A stretch of 64,000 nucleotides of DNA, taken from sequence record MN047793.1. One strand, given 5' to 3'. Made by a program: the position numbers and the translations under genes. The notes below the pieces were generated by a model. The model was not told where the DNA came from, did not search any database, and saw only the letters and a program-made list of their open reading frames with translations. Below are positions 46,307 to 57,280 of this stretch, in pieces; within the stretch, counting starts at the first letter, position 1, and every line of letters starts with the position of its first letter.

Positions 46307-46618
46307 ATGGCATCTAGTATTCTATCTCCCGGTCAAACTGCTGCAAATTCTAGTGAATTTACTGTGGGAGACACCGAAACCGTATTCATTGCGGTTTTTA
46401 CTGACACTGGTGCCAATTTACCATCCGGTCCAGTCTTAACGCTTCAACGCGCTGATATTAATGGTAATTTTATTACTGTAGCTACTGCCGGGTTTGGTCG
46501 CATCTTCTTCAGTGCTAATTGTCAGCAGTTAACAATTAATAGCCCAGGTACATATCGCGTGGCCCGCCCAGATATTAGTCCGTGGGGTGTTAATATCGGC
46601 GTTCAGCTTGGGGTATAA
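46307..46618 (+). CDS. Small beta-rich protein, probably late/virion
   Basis: ATAAATA at 46274-46280; RBS AAGGA. Confidence 0.65.
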   Translation: MASSILSPGQTAANSSEFTVGDTETVFIAVFTDTGANLPSGPVLTLQRADINGNFITVATAGFGRIFFSANCQQLTINSPGTYRVARPDISPWGVNIGVQLGV

Positions 46619-46621
46619 TTA

Positions 46622-49600
46622 GTGATCATTTATCCTTTGGTTAATAGTGTGGTAAACATTAAGGGGGTTCCGTCGTCAACTCCTACTCCACCACCGACCC
46701 CTTCAACTACACGAAGTGTAACCCCTAGTGCTTCAGTAGCACTATCACCTGTTGCTGTAACTCCAACACCGACACGTACCCCAACAAGAACTCCTGCTGT
46801 TACGGCAACACCAACACCTTCTGTAACTAGATCATCTCCTGGCGTTACATCGTCTCCTACAACAACTCCCGTAGTTAATGTGACAGCTACACCAACCGTA
46901 ACGGCAACCATTACAAGAACTTCTACCCCAGTAGTAGCATCATTAACACCGACACCTACAGCTGCGGTATCTGGAACTCCAGCGCCTACCTCTACAACCA
47001 CACCTACAATTACTCCAACAGTTTCCGGTTCTGCTATTCCAGTAACACCTACTCCAACGGTCACGCGCACTACTACGGTCACTCCTACAGTAACAGCAAC
47101 TGTAAGTAGTTCTTCTGCTTTGGCTACTGTTACCCCTACACCGTCAGTATCTACATCCGGTCCAGCATTAACGGTAACACCTACCATTACGCCCACCGTG
47201 TCTACAACAGGAACACCAGCAGTAACGTCAACTCGTACGCCAACTGCTACTGTATCTGTGACACCAAGTGTGTCGCAATCCGCACCAGTTGCTACTCCGA
47301 CTCCAACGCCAACAATTTCTACTACTCAGTCAATAGCAGTAAGTCCTACAGCGACAATTACTCCGACTCCAACGCCAACACCTACACCGAGTGGAACACC
47401 ACCAGTAACACCAACTAGAACAGCTTCACCTACTGTGACTGCGGCCGTTTCGCCAACTAGTACTGCGACCGTAACACCTACCCCATCAAGTAGTGTTCCT
47501 GCTGCTAGTGCAGATGTGACCCCAACAGTTACGCCATCTGTTACAGTAAGTATTACAGTTTCACCAACGCCAACAGTGACTATTACGCCACAAAGTACAG
47601 CAGGGCCGACGCCCAGTGTAACAGTCACTGCTAGCCGGACGCCGGCAGTGACGCCTCCAGAAACACCAGAAGGAACTCCAACGCCCACACCCACAATAAG
47701 TTTAACCCCCACCTTCACACCAACTCCAACACCATCAGATACGCCGCAAATAACTCCAACGGCTACCGTAACACTTACACCCACTCTCACAAATACGCCT
47801 TCCGTCACAGTTTCGGATACGCCAGCAGTAACCCCTACCCTCACACCAACAATAAGTCCTTCGGATACTCCAACTCCGACCGTAACAGCAACATCTTCTG
47901 TTACCCCCACACTAACCACAACGCCAACACCAACCGTAACGGCAAGTTTAACACCTACTTTTACCACTACGCCGACGCCAACAATAACTGCGAGTGTAAC
48001 ACCGACAGTAACAACAACACTTACACCCACAGTTACTACAACGTCCAGTGTAACACCTACTGTAACAACAACATTGACGCCTACCATAACTGCGTCAGTG
48101 ACGCCTACAATTACACCATCTCCTACTCCAGTAACTGATGTAGCTCCAGCAAATAGTAATGCTCGTCAAGCATCAGCCACATCTAATGGATCAGAAGATT
48201 CCGTATCTTCTACCGGAGATGATAGCGACGCTGACGGATTTATGGTGATGACGGTAAGTGATGATCCTGGCGTTCCTATGACCGTATCTGACTCAAACAA
48301 CTTGAATTGGAACATGATCAGTACCTACACATACAATGATGGTACAAATAAGGGCCGCGTTTCCGCATATTTGGCTGATGGTTTAGGGTCACTTAACCAT
48401 ACTATTACTGCTACCAGAACTGGTAGTAATTGGCCGCAAATTTATGTAATTCCATTGAAGAAAAACCGTCCGGGCTATCTGGCCGTAGATTCAATGGCAA
48501 TGGGACCACAATATCCAGATAGTCCATTTACTACAAATATTTTAACTCCTACTAGACTTAATACCTTGGCCGTTGCTGGGTTTGGTACATTAAACACTGG
48601 CGTAGGCGATGTTGGTATTAGTAATCCATTCAATTTATTGACATCATCATCTGCTGCTGGTGTCTGGGATGGTGGTGTTGCCGTAAGCCCATTAATGAAT
48701 CTATCGCCAATGATAGCCACGTTCAATACGGATACTAATCAAGTTGGTAGAGCAATGTTATTCAACCTCTATGTGTCGGACACTTCTATCCCATTATCAC
48801 CGACACCAACACCAACGATTTCATTGACGCCGACGATCACTCCAACTATATCCGTGACGCCGACAATTTCAGTGACGCCAACAAATACAGTTACTCCAAC
48901 TGTAACACGCACCATAACCGTAACACCGTCGATTACACCCACAAATACAGTTACACCAACTGTAACGACAACGGCTACTACCACTGTAACACCGTCAGTA
49001 ACACCATCAGTTACACCCACTGGTACTCCTGCGGTGACACAGACACCAACTCCCACCGTGACTGCGACCATTTCGCCATCACCGGGAGCATCAGTGACAC
49101 CTACACCATCCGTAACGGCCACTCCTGCGGTGACACAGACAACAACCCCAACCGTAACACCTACGATTTCGGTTACCCCGTCTGTGACGCCTACAATTTC
49201 CATTACGCCTACGAGAACACCAACCCCTACGGTGACACGTACAGTAACAGTAACGCCATCAGTAACACGTACAGTGACGCTCACGCCATCTAGAACTGCT
49301 ACTATAACTCCTAGTGTTACTCCGACATTGACGCGTACTCCTACAATAACCCCAACACCATCCCCATTAATTCCGGTATTGAATATTACAGGGGTTCCAT
49401 TAACTGGTAAAATCGGTGTTCCGTATAATGGTCAGTTAACTGCTTCTGGTGGTGCTGGTGGAGCATACGTATATAACCTATGGTACAACAGTTTTCCCAT
49501 CGGAATGAGTATGAATTCCTCAACAGGTGCAATTACTGGTACTCCTACATTATTGTCAGGAACTTATGAGATTGGTGTACAAGTATGTGCTAATGGATAT

Positions 49601-49639
49601 TGTGACCAAGAACTGATAACTTTAGTCATCAGTCCATAA
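46622..49639 (+). CDS. Pro/Thr-rich mucin-like protein with a central beta module and C-terminal putative Ig (He_PIG-like) domain
   Basis: Long TPT tracts; C-terminal [16 protein letters not shown]...[17 protein letters not shown]. Confidence 0.75.
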   Translation: MIIYPLVNSVVNIKGVPSSTPTPPPTPSTTRSVTPSASVALSPVAVTPTPTRTPTRTPAVTATPTPSVTRSSPGVTSSPTTTPVVNVTATPTVTATITRTSTPVVASLTPTPTAAVSGTPAPTSTTTPTITPTVSGSAIPVTPTPTVTRTTTVTPTVTATVSSSSALATVTPTPSVSTSGPALTVTPTITPTVSTTGTPAVTSTRTPTATVSVTPSVSQSAPVATPTPTPTISTTQSIAVSPTATITPTPTPTPTPSGTPPVTPTRTASPTVTAAVSPTSTATVTPTPSSSVPAASADVTPTVTPSVTVSITVSPTPTVTITPQSTAGPTPSVTVTASRTPAVTPPETPEGTPTPTPTISLTPTFTPTPTPSDTPQITPTATVTLTPTLTNTPSVTVSDTPAVTPTLTPTISPSDTPTPTVTATSSVTPTLTTTPTPTVTASLTPTFTTTPTPTITASVTPTVTTTLTPTVTTTSSVTPTVTTTLTPTITASVTPTITPSPTPVTDVAPANSNARQASATSNGSEDSVSSTGDDSDADGFMVMTVSDDPGVPMTVSDSNNLNWNMISTYTYNDGTNKGRVSAYLADGLGSLNHTITATRTGSNWPQIYVIPLKKNRPGYLAVDSMAMGPQYPDSPFTTNILTPTRLNTLAVAGFGTLNTGVGDVGISNPFNLLTSSSAAGVWDGGVAVSPLMNLSPMIATFNTDTNQVGRAMLFNLYVSDTSIPLSPTPTPTISLTPTITPTISVTPTISVTPTNTVTPTVTRTITVTPSITPTNTVTPTVTTTATTTVTPSVTPSVTPTGTPAVTQTPTPTVTATISPSPGASVTPTPSVTATPAVTQTTTPTVTPTISVTPSVTPTISITPTRTPTPTVTRTVTVTPSVTRTVTLTPSRTATITPSVTPTLTRTPTITPTPSPLIPVLNITGVPLTGKIGVPYNGQLTASGGAGGAYVYNLWYNSFPIGMSMNSSTGAITGTPTLLSGTYEIGVQVCANGYCDQELITLVISP

Positions 49640-49666
49640 AAAGAAACCCGCCTAGGCGGGTTTTCT
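49638..49666. terminator. Bidirectional terminator
   Basis: AAGAAACCCGCC-ta-GGCGGGTTTTCTT. Confidence 0.75.
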
Positions 49667-49947
49667 TATCGGAGAGTGGTGTAGTCTGTCACAAAGACTT
49701 TAGTAAATCCCAATTGCTCGGCATATGTAACACCGCTCTTCAGATCACTGTTCTCCACCGTATCTGCATACAGAATAATCGTAACTTTTCGTTCGGTCTT
49801 CATCAACAAATTGGTAAAATTTTTGAGCAGTAAGTTGACAGCACCCTCAATATGTCCGTCACGGAATGAGACAGGGCTACGCATGTCAACTAGAATTGCT
49901 CCAGCATCGATCAATTTCTTCGCACGTTCCTTACTAATGGTTTTCAT
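49666..49947 (-). CDS. Rhodanese-like domain protein (apparently lacking the catalytic Cys)
   Basis: AILVDMRSPVSFRDGHIEGAVNL; IILYADT where the active-site Cys would be; RBS GGAGG. Confidence 0.8.
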   Translation of the reverse strand: MKTISKERAKKLIDAGAILVDMRSPVSFRDGHIEGAVNLLLKNFTNLLMKTERKVTIILYADTVENSDLKSGVTYAEQLGFTKVFVTDYTTLR

Positions 49948-50022
49948 ATTAAATCCTCCAAATAAAACAATCCATATGATTATCATATGGATTGATAATG
50001 TCAATCGATAACGAAATACTAT

Positions 50023-50475
50023 TTAGAGAAACATATTTCGTTCTGTACTATTTTTGTTAATTAAATCTACATTCTTTTTATATTGAGTGAAATTAGTAAA
50101 ATATGGCAGTCCCAAGGTCTCTACGAATTCTAGGAATTTGACAGTGACTAAATCCATTTGCTGAGCCTGCTTAGTTCTAGCTTCACTTTTATTGATGAAA
50201 TCTGTAATGGAATATTTTGATGAATGTACGGCAATATAACTTCCTGTTACAGCTTTCGTACAACTATAATCAATCTGTTTGACAATCGCTTTAAATACAT
50301 CATCTCGCATCTTAATAGTCACAGCCATTTGCATCTGCTCTAAACATAACATGGATGCTTCATAACTTTGATTGAAGACTAAATCTAATTCTTCAACCGT
50401 TTGTAACGTATCTTTTGGTGTGGCAAATGCAGCAGATGATGCAAGTAATAGAGCTAAAGTGATTGCCAGTTTCAT
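50023..50475 (-). CDS. Secreted or periplasmic hypothetical protein
   Basis: Signal peptide MKLAITLALLLASSAAFA. Confidence 0.6.
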   Translation of the reverse strand: MKLAITLALLLASSAAFATPKDTLQTVEELDLVFNQSYEASMLCLEQMQMAVTIKMRDDVFKAIVKQIDYSCTKAVTGSYIAVHSSKYSITDFINKSEARTKQAQQMDLVTVKFLEFVETLGLPYFTNFTQYKKNVDLINKNSTERNMFL

Positions 50476-50480
50476 GACTA

Positions 50481-51119
50481 CTAATTCTCAGGTAGATGTT
50501 CCAGTACATCGTACAGCGTTGTGATTGGCACCAATTTTTCGGACACTGGAAGGTGCTTGTTCCAAGGCTGTGTAAACAGAAGAGACTTCTGTACACGTCC
50601 AGATTTAACCATATTTAGACAGTGATCGTGACGGTCGTCAACGAACAATACGATATTTTCAATATGTCGCGTTGCTTCTTCTTTGCATTGATGCAGCGGG
50701 ACAATATTGATGCGATCATAATACACTTGATTATCTTCTAACCACTTTTGCGTCACATTGTAACCATCAGGATGCCATCCACGGGCCGTCACAAATTCAA
50801 TATTGTATCCATCCGATTTTAGTGATGAAATCACTTCTACTAAACCGTCATGCGGCTTCATTAACTGGAGAGACTGGTCCTCTATGAAAAGAGTTGATAG
50901 TTGATCCGATGTGATTCCGTAACGGTCTTTTACTCCATAGTCATCCCAATGGGTATAACAAATGGTGTCATCTCCAGTAGCACGGCGGTAAATATCACGT
51001 AGTCGTAATTTTAAATCTCCACAAGTATCATCAATATCAAAGATAATACTTTTAACGTTATTTGGCTTATCTAGTTTCGTCTCCTGATTCTGGAGTAGGT
51101 TGCTCATTGGCTTGTTCAT
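50481..51119 (-). CDS. HAD-family 5'-nucleotidase (NT5C-like)
   Basis: IIFDIDDT, FVTARG and LFVDDR. Confidence 0.8.
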   Translation of the reverse strand: MNKPMSNLLQNQETKLDKPNNVKSIIFDIDDTCGDLKLRLRDIYRRATGDDTICYTHWDDYGVKDRYGITSDQLSTLFIEDQSLQLMKPHDGLVEVISSLKSDGYNIEFVTARGWHPDGYNVTQKWLEDNQVYYDRINIVPLHQCKEEATRHIENIVLFVDDRHDHCLNMVKSGRVQKSLLFTQPWNKHLPVSEKLVPITTLYDVLEHLPEN

Positions 51120-51582
51120 CCTGTGCCTTAGAAACCGATTTGGCTTCTTTTAATGTTTCGGTAGATTGTTGCGTAGCTTCTGCAAATTTTTGACTTCTTA
51201 CAATAGTCTCAAAATATACATTGCCTTCATTTTGCATTTCTATGGCTTTAACTTTACCACGAACACCATCCATGTTGTCAAGTAGTAAATTCAATCTATC
51301 TTTATCAGATTGATTTATCATACTTGCCTGGAGTGATATCAAGTCATTCTTACCAATTCGTTCATACTTGGCTAATGCAGGAGTACAAGTGGTAACAATA
51401 GCTACTACAGTACTATTTTCATTAGTAGACATATCAATACAAGGTTTAAAATATTCTTCTAAATTATTCAGTATTTCTACGGATTTTGTATCAGCAGAAA
51501 CATTGAAAGCTGGCGGTCCGCTTTCTTTGTGACACGCCAGCAATACGATTGATAATAAGACAGTAGTTAGAATGTTACGCAT
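51067..51582 (-). CDS. Putative lipoprotein
   Basis: MRNILTTVLLSIVLLA-C lipobox. Confidence 0.6.
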   Translation of the reverse strand: MRNILTTVLLSIVLLACHKESGPPAFNVSADTKSVEILNNLEEYFKPCIDMSTNENSTVVAIVTTCTPALAKYERIGKNDLISLQASMINQSDKDRLNLLLDNMDGVRGKVKAIEMQNEGNVYFETIVRSQKFAEATQQSTETLKEAKSVSKAQDEQANEQPTPESGDETR

Positions 51583-51618
51583 AAAGGTATCCTCTCTAAC
51601 TACTACTTATAGTTTAAA

Positions 51619-52242
51619 TCACTTTTCTAGGCCAACTTCTAGGGCCGCACGTTCAGCTACAAGATCACGATTATCCGCTAAAAATGATGTAAACTTTTCC
51701 GGATATCGAATGTATAACTTATTAACTACGTTAGTAAGACCTTGATAAAAGTCCAGCTTTAGTTCGTCAGCAATGATCGCAACATACCATGCAGCATCTG
51801 AGACTTCTTCTTGAATATTAACTACGTCTACTGCTTCACCCGCAACACCCTTCTGTAGGACAGACGCAAGCTCACCAGCTTCCGTGACGAATCCGAGTAA
51901 GCCATGTAATACACGAGGATTGAGTGCGACGGGATCACCAAGTGAGTCCTCAGTAATTCCTTCATTAAGAATGCTGATGGATTCTTCTAGAATTGCAGTA
52001 TAATGGCTAGTCTTGGTCAGCAGGTTTGCTGTCTTACCATAAAAGAGTTGCTTTTTAAATCCATCAAGGATTTCTGCACTTGCAATTGATGCTGCTACTG
52101 CCGCGACGAATGCCCGAACATTAGTGTGTAGGACAAGAGAAGCATCCGGGTTAGATTCGGTACGTAGAGCATATGGCACGAAACTGTCAAATGAAGATAG
52201 ACGTTCAGTTAGTAGTGATGAGGGGGTTGAAAGATCAGACAT
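51619..52242 (-). CDS. mazG: MazG-like NTP pyrophosphohydrolase
   Basis: LHGLLGFVTEAGEL, EEVSDAAWYVA and NVVNKLYIRYPEKF. Confidence 0.8.
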   Translation of the reverse strand: MSDLSTPSSLLTERLSSFDSFVPYALRTESNPDASLVLHTNVRAFVAAVAASIASAEILDGFKKQLFYGKTANLLTKTSHYTAILEESISILNEGITEDSLGDPVALNPRVLHGLLGFVTEAGELASVLQKGVAGEAVDVVNIQEEVSDAAWYVAIIADELKLDFYQGLTNVVNKLYIRYPEKFTSFLADNRDLVAERAALEVGLEK

Positions 52243-52359
52243 TTTATTCCTTAAGTTGATTGGTACCAATTCTATCATATTTGGATACATTGTCAATATC
52301 AGGAAATAAAAAAAGCCAGTATACATACTGGCTGTGTGTATGCTAATTGTTAGTAGAAA

Positions 52360-52851
52360 TTAATTATTATGCACAAATACAATCTCATCAAACCCTTCCT
52401 CTGTGGAAGGTTCAATATAGCTTGCTTGCATAGACATAATAATTCCAGTGGAGATGTGCTTACCCGTTGCCTTAGCACGTGCACTCACCCGCTCCAAATG
52501 AATCTCAGTAGGTGCAGTGACCACCACGCAAGTCTTATAGTAGTCCTTCGGAAAACGCGAGAGAATGCCGACACGCTTCTTACGCGCCATATTAGTCTGA
52601 TTCCAAATCACACTACGACGCTGGCGAATAGCCTCATCTACCTCACAATTCATACGCTGGGTAGCTTTCTTAATTTCATCATCAAACACCTCAGAATAGG
52701 TCTTACCCTGCTCCGTTGCCGCAGCTTCAATGAAGGCATCAGTAGATGCAATGTAGTAATCGCCAGGATTATCTTTTAGCATTCTATTGATAATGAAGTC
52801 CTTCCCTGAGCCGGGAAGACCAACCATTACAATTACTTTAGGAGCAGTCAT
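52360..52851 (-). CDS. P-loop kinase (AAA_33, polynucleotide-kinase-like)
   Basis: MVGLPGSGK, STD, WNQTN...R and EEGFD. Confidence 0.8.
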   Translation of the reverse strand: MTAPKVIVMVGLPGSGKDFIINRMLKDNPGDYYIASTDAFIEAAATEQGKTYSEVFDDEIKKATQRMNCEVDEAIRQRRSVIWNQTNMARKKRVGILSRFPKDYYKTCVVVTAPTEIHLERVSARAKATGKHISTGIIMSMQASYIEPSTEEGFDEIVFVHNN

Positions 52852-52879
52852 ACAGTTTCTCAGTTAGAAAGTAAATAAA

Positions 52880-53434
52880 TTATTGATTATATCCGCGATA
52901 TGTTAATGAAATCCGAGGTCCTGAAGGGCGGTCACCCTTTGGAATTTTATGGTAGTGCGTATGCTGCATTCCCGGTTTCATAACTAATAATGAGCCATGA
53001 TTCAACGCAAACCGTTCAATATCTTCCGGTCCACCTTCAATCGGGCGAGTCCACAATTGTCGGATAGCTCCAACAGATACTACAGCAATAGGGCGGGTGT
53101 GGTCAATAGCTTCTGCATCATCTGCATGCCATCCCAAGTGTTGCTTTTCATTTTCATAGTAGTTCATAAAACATAACTCATATGATTTTAATCCCAGCAT
53201 ATTACTAATGGCAACACCAATTTCATTAACCATGGTGTCCATCGGCTTAGGAATATACGTACGCGCATGCTCTCCAGAACCGTACGTATACGGTTCATTA
53301 ACTGTGGCATAAAATAATTCACGCCTAGCTTTGGTACGCTCTTCCCAATCCAAATTAGAGAAATATGATAATGCCTTATCTGGGTTCGTTAAGAACTCAT
53401 GATAATAATCTACGGGTGCTGTCCAAGTATTCAA
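52880..53434 (-). CDS. alkB: AlkB-like 2OG-Fe(II) oxygenase
   Basis: NYY...HLGWHADD, VVSVGA.R, GSLLVM, HKIPK and RISLTYR. Confidence 0.9.
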   Translation of the reverse strand: MNTWTAPVDYYHEFLTNPDKALSYFSNLDWEERTKARRELFYATVNEPYTYGSGEHARTYIPKPMDTMVNEIGVAISNMLGLKSYELCFMNYYENEKQHLGWHADDAEAIDHTRPIAVVSVGAIRQLWTRPIEGGPEDIERFALNHGSLLVMKPGMQHTHYHKIPKGDRPSGPRISLTYRGYNQ

Positions 53435-53691
53435 TCTATATTCTCCACATCATTTATACAGATATTAATAATAGAACCACTACGGATGGGATATAGTGTT
53501 AAATATATTCCATATATTGGTGCTCCAGTTTCAAGGTCATTATAAAAATTCACTGATACTTTTTTAACAACGTGAGTACCGTTGCTATCAAGTCTCACAG
53601 TGTCACTGTTTTTATAGGTAAATGACACCTCTTGTTCCAGATATCGATCTTCTACGACATTTTTAACGGCAGTAGCGATTGTATCTTTCAT
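53431..53691 (-). CDS. Hypothetical protein
   Basis: Coupled ORF. Confidence 0.5.
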   Translation of the reverse strand: MKDTIATAVKNVVEDRYLEQEVSFTYKNSDTVRLDSNGTHVVKKVSVNFYNDLETGAPIYGIYLTLYPIRSGSIINICINDVENID

Positions 53692-53744
53692 ATATAAGTA
53701 TGGTGTTGGATGAGAGTTGATTATAGTTGGTCAAAGTCCTAATG

Positions 53745-54323
53745 TCAAGCATTAGAACCGGTCTCTCCCAATGTGTTGATGTAATCAATACGCCCAGATA
53801 CCGTAATATTATTACGTGAAGTAATCTCAATGGCTTTAATTAAAGCCGCCTTTGGCCCAATCTGGTCAACTACATTGAATTCCTGCATAGTCTCAAAAGC
53901 GACATTAGACGACACATACCCTGATCCACATGAGTCAAAATTGCTTGGCCGTTCAAATACTGCAAAATCTTCTTGTATTGAATACAATTTCTTATTGTAG
54001 ATAATTAAATAACTTCCGCCATCTTTGGAATCTTCTTTCATGAAGTTACCACTGACAAATGTTTTACGAATCTCAGGGACTACTTGCTTAATCATGTATT
54101 GATAGTCGGTCAATCCTTCAGATTTACTTGGCGGGACGAATACGTGTTCAAGTAATTGCCCCATTCTAAATGATGAAGTGTACCCAATGATCATGTCACC
54201 ATTTTTGAAAATTTTAGGATGTACATTATCTGATCGATGATGGTAGCTTACTGCGGTGCCGGCACTATCACCCGCCATATGACCAACACCATTTTTATCT
54301 ACGTACGCAATAATACATGTCAT
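53745..54323 (-). CDS. Ntn-hydrolase (HslV/proteasome-beta-like) peptidase
   Basis: N-terminal MTCIIA..., AGDS, KIF, IGYTSSFR.GQ and GSG. Confidence 0.7.
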   Translation of the reverse strand: MTCIIAYVDKNGVGHMAGDSAGTAVSYHHRSDNVHPKIFKNGDMIIGYTSSFRMGQLLEHVFVPPSKSEGLTDYQYMIKQVVPEIRKTFVSGNFMKEDSKDGGSYLIIYNKKLYSIQEDFAVFERPSNFDSCGSGYVSSNVAFETMQEFNVVDQIGPKAALIKAIEITSRNNITVSGRIDYINTLGETGSNA

Positions 54324-55027
54324 TATTTTTCACCATCTAGATCAATTACTACTAACTCTACTTCGGCTTCCTTAAACATTTCTTTTGATAGATCGATAGA
54401 CTCTTTCCATCGGCTTAAAAAGTCAGGTGTCGGCTTTTTGACAATAACCTTTTTAATTCCGGCAGAAATCATCAATCCTGCACACGTACTGCATGGAAAG
54501 TGTGTTACTGCCATGGTCGTGCCTTCTGTTGAAATGCCTAGCTTGGCACAGGTTGAAATGGCATTAGCTTCTGCGTGTTGTACCAATTTGTATTTTAACT
54601 CTCGATTATTTAACCGTTCGACAGTATCTTCGATTCCTGGCGGAAATCCATTATATGATGTAGCAATTGGATACTTACCACGAATAATAACCGCAGATAC
54701 TTTAGTGGAAGGGTCTTTACTCCACGAGTTTAACTCACCATCAGCTAGGCGTAAAAAACGGGAATCCCAATCTACTGTCGCAGACTCTACAACTTTACTA
54801 TTCAAGAAATCAATAAATTCTTTTGCTTTTTCTAAATTCTTAGAATTGTAATAGTATATTTTTGGTGTGCCACGATCATGAATGCTAATTACGACACTTA
54901 CAGTATCATTATATGGATATTGAATTTCGTCATAAACTACGTCGTATTGCGTGCTATCCAACAACTCTGTGTATCCAAAAATCACATGCGGTGGGTCATT
55001 AATTGATAATTTATTAATTTTAGTCAT
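54323..55027 (-). CDS. cd: dCMP deaminase with N-terminal extension
   Basis: SKDPSTKV, YNGFP, HAEANAI and PCSTCAG. Confidence 0.9.
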   Translation of the reverse strand: MTKINKLSINDPPHVIFGYTELLDSTQYDVVYDEIQYPYNDTVSVVISIHDRGTPKIYYYNSKNLEKAKEFIDFLNSKVVESATVDWDSRFLRLADGELNSWSKDPSTKVSAVIIRGKYPIATSYNGFPPGIEDTVERLNNRELKYKLVQHAEANAISTCAKLGISTEGTTMAVTHFPCSTCAGLMISAGIKKVIVKKPTPDFLSRWKESIDLSKEMFKEAEVELVVIDLDGEK

Positions 55028-55101
55028 AAAAAGGGTCCATATTTCTATGAACCCATTATATACAAATATTTTGTCATTGTCTATTGAAAATTGTTGAGTA
55101 C

Positions 55102-55470
55102 TCAGGCTTGATCAGTAATTCTAGCCTTTTTTGGTAATGTATCTAGACGGGGATCAGCAGGATTAGTGGGAGAATATTCGGCCATTTTGAATGCAGATCG
55201 TTGCTCTCTGGCTTTAGCAATAATATATTCCAGTCCATCAAGGGTATTATCATCTAACCAAACTTCAGTAGACAGAGGGATACCAAATGCATGCAATTCC
55301 ATTTTTAGTGTTTGAGTAGCACCATACTCATTATCCATATCGTGCAGATCGACACTAAAACTAAATCCACTATTACTAATATGAATACCAGTGCTATAGT
55401 GTGGTAATACTGTTGTATAAGATGCTTGTAATGGTTTGGGGGTTGCAGTTATTTTCATGTTATTCTCCAA
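55102..55470 (-). CDS. Hypothetical protein
   Basis: ORF with GGAG RBS. Confidence 0.5.
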   Translation of the reverse strand: MENNMKITATPKPLQASYTTVLPHYSTGIHISNSGFSFSVDLHDMDNEYGATQTLKMELHAFGIPLSTEVWLDDNTLDGLEYIIAKAREQRSAFKMAEYSPTNPADPRLDTLPKKARITDQA

Positions 55471-55524
55471 TAGAAAAGGGAAGCACTAAGCTTCCCTTTA
55501 ATGTACACCATTTAATACATTTAG

Positions 55525-56946
55525 TCAAATAGTAAATTGTGAATCTACTAGTTCACGAACTCCTTGTAAGGTAGGTACATTGAACAGGTCACCATTACGG
55601 TAAACCAGTTGTAGTACCTCTTCGTGCTTACTGGCATCTAATTCACTAATACGAATGGTGCTATATTCCCCTGTTACAATATCTCGTACTAGAGTAATAC
55701 GACCACGCTTAGAATTCTTCTTAGTGTCAGTCTTTGGCTGTTTGAAAACATCAATCTCTCGGCCATCAACTGTCGTAGAACTACACTTCATTGCTGCCTG
55801 GAGTGTATCACGGTCAATGTCTGCCTGTAGAAGTTTTCCACCCATACCAAACACAATGTTACTTGCGCTGATTTTACGTTCTTCCAAGTTAGCAAGAATC
55901 TGAGCAATACTACGCTCATTCACGCCATCACCTTGAATTACGCGTACATACGGTGGCAATACACGATAACCCTTACTATTAAGAGTCACTTCATCTGCTA
56001 GCCCATTGAGCAGCATTTCAATAACCTCTACCGGTACGACTGTCGGGTCACCACTATCCGGACGCAATACGACGCGTGCACCAGCAGCCTTAACCTTAGC
56101 AAGTAATCCACCGTTCAGCCAGATATTTTCAATGGCACCATAGGTGTCATAACTGTCGATAACACATGCGAAGATTCCACCCTTAGAATAGGTGTCAATC
56201 ATATTGTTGAATGAATCTTTCTCTCCATCGACTTCCCACGAAGTAACAGTGCTGTGCTCCATTGCGGGAATGGAAAATCCTGCAACCTTTTCGTCATAGA
56301 AACGGCGAGCCGTTAGCAATGCAGGAATGTTATCCGTTCCCTTAAAGACCGCCAAATGTGCGAGACCGCCAAGACCAGCAGCATCAGTACTACTGACTCC
56401 ACGAAAGCCAAAGTCATTCAGCATGAAGCCGATATCTTCTGACGGCGTATCTGAAGTTCGATTTAGGAAATCAGTACAAATCTCACGAATGGTGTAAGAA
56501 ATTGTACCTACCGTGGCAGGATACCACACGGCTGGAAGAATCATGGTTTCCATGAAACTAGTTAGCCAGTAACATTCTGGGTCAGTGTTTTCAACTGTTA
56601 CCAGTGCATTCTTAATCGGAATTACCAAACCTTCAGGCGCAGCCTTAATTTCAAGGGGCAGGAATCCTTTATGCTTAGTAAGAATGTAGTCCCATCCTTC
56701 ACGGTTGAATGGTTCGCCATGGGCAGTGACCAAGGCTTCCATTTCGTCAACTTCATCGACGGTGATAGGCTTTGCCAGTACATTCTGTAGGAATACTGAG
56801 AAGCCGACATTTAGGGTCTTTGTGAACTTGTCACTACCCCGAAACTCGACATATGAGAAGATGCTTTCAGTGCCTGGACGGTACTGTGCGTATTGACTGT
56901 ATTTGTAACTGTCGGCCAATAAGGCCGTATTCATTAGATTATTCAT
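55525..56946 (-). CDS. nadV: Nicotinamide phosphoribosyltransferase (NAMPT)
   Basis: ADSYKYSQ, DFGFRG, F.GTD, SIPAMEHS, IDSYD, RPDSGDP, QGDG, FGMGG and AMKCS. Confidence 0.95.
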   Translation of the reverse strand: MNNLMNTALLADSYKYSQYAQYRPGTESIFSYVEFRGSDKFTKTLNVGFSVFLQNVLAKPITVDEVDEMEALVTAHGEPFNREGWDYILTKHKGFLPLEIKAAPEGLVIPIKNALVTVENTDPECYWLTSFMETMILPAVWYPATVGTISYTIREICTDFLNRTSDTPSEDIGFMLNDFGFRGVSSTDAAGLGGLAHLAVFKGTDNIPALLTARRFYDEKVAGFSIPAMEHSTVTSWEVDGEKDSFNNMIDTYSKGGIFACVIDSYDTYGAIENIWLNGGLLAKVKAAGARVVLRPDSGDPTVVPVEVIEMLLNGLADEVTLNSKGYRVLPPYVRVIQGDGVNERSIAQILANLEERKISASNIVFGMGGKLLQADIDRDTLQAAMKCSSTTVDGREIDVFKQPKTDTKKNSKRGRITLVRDIVTGEYSTIRISELDASKHEEVLQLVYRNGDLFNVPTLQGVRELVDSQFTI

Positions 56947-56987
56947 ATCCTAAACTCCTTAGTGATATTGGATTGGTTGTTACTATA

Positions 56988-57278
56988 CTATTTAGTGTGT
57001 AGTGGGTCAAGTAGCATAACAGAGGGATACATACTATTAATATCTGCGTTGAATCTAAAATCATTATACGCCGCAGATTTTTTCCAAGGCTTATAAAAAT
57101 TTAGAAAACCTTCTTTCTTATAATAAGAATTTCCATTTTCAGTTTTATGGTGGTAGCGTTGTTGACCGTTTTTTGGGTCAACACCATTCGCATGGATTGA
57201 CCACCAAAATAATCCTTGTAGTACCCATACTAATGGATAACATGCAATTAATACAATTGCTGTCAAAATTCTTTTCAT
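56988..57278 (-). CDS. Hypothetical membrane protein
   Basis: N-terminal hydrophobic helix. Confidence 0.5.
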   Translation of the reverse strand: MKRILTAIVLIACYPLVWVLQGLFWWSIHANGVDPKNGQQRYHHKTENGNSYYKKEGFLNFYKPWKKSAAYNDFRFNADINSMYPSVMLLDPLHTK

Positions 57279-57280
57279 AA

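Noticed and set aside
34421-49284. Long antisense ORFs rich in V/G (34421-35095, 37604-38377, 46630-47196, 47326-48087, 48769-49284, also 28460-28999)
   Set aside because: They are mirror frames of Pro/Thr-rich coding tracts, which lack stop codons on the reverse strand; no RBS or promoter supports them
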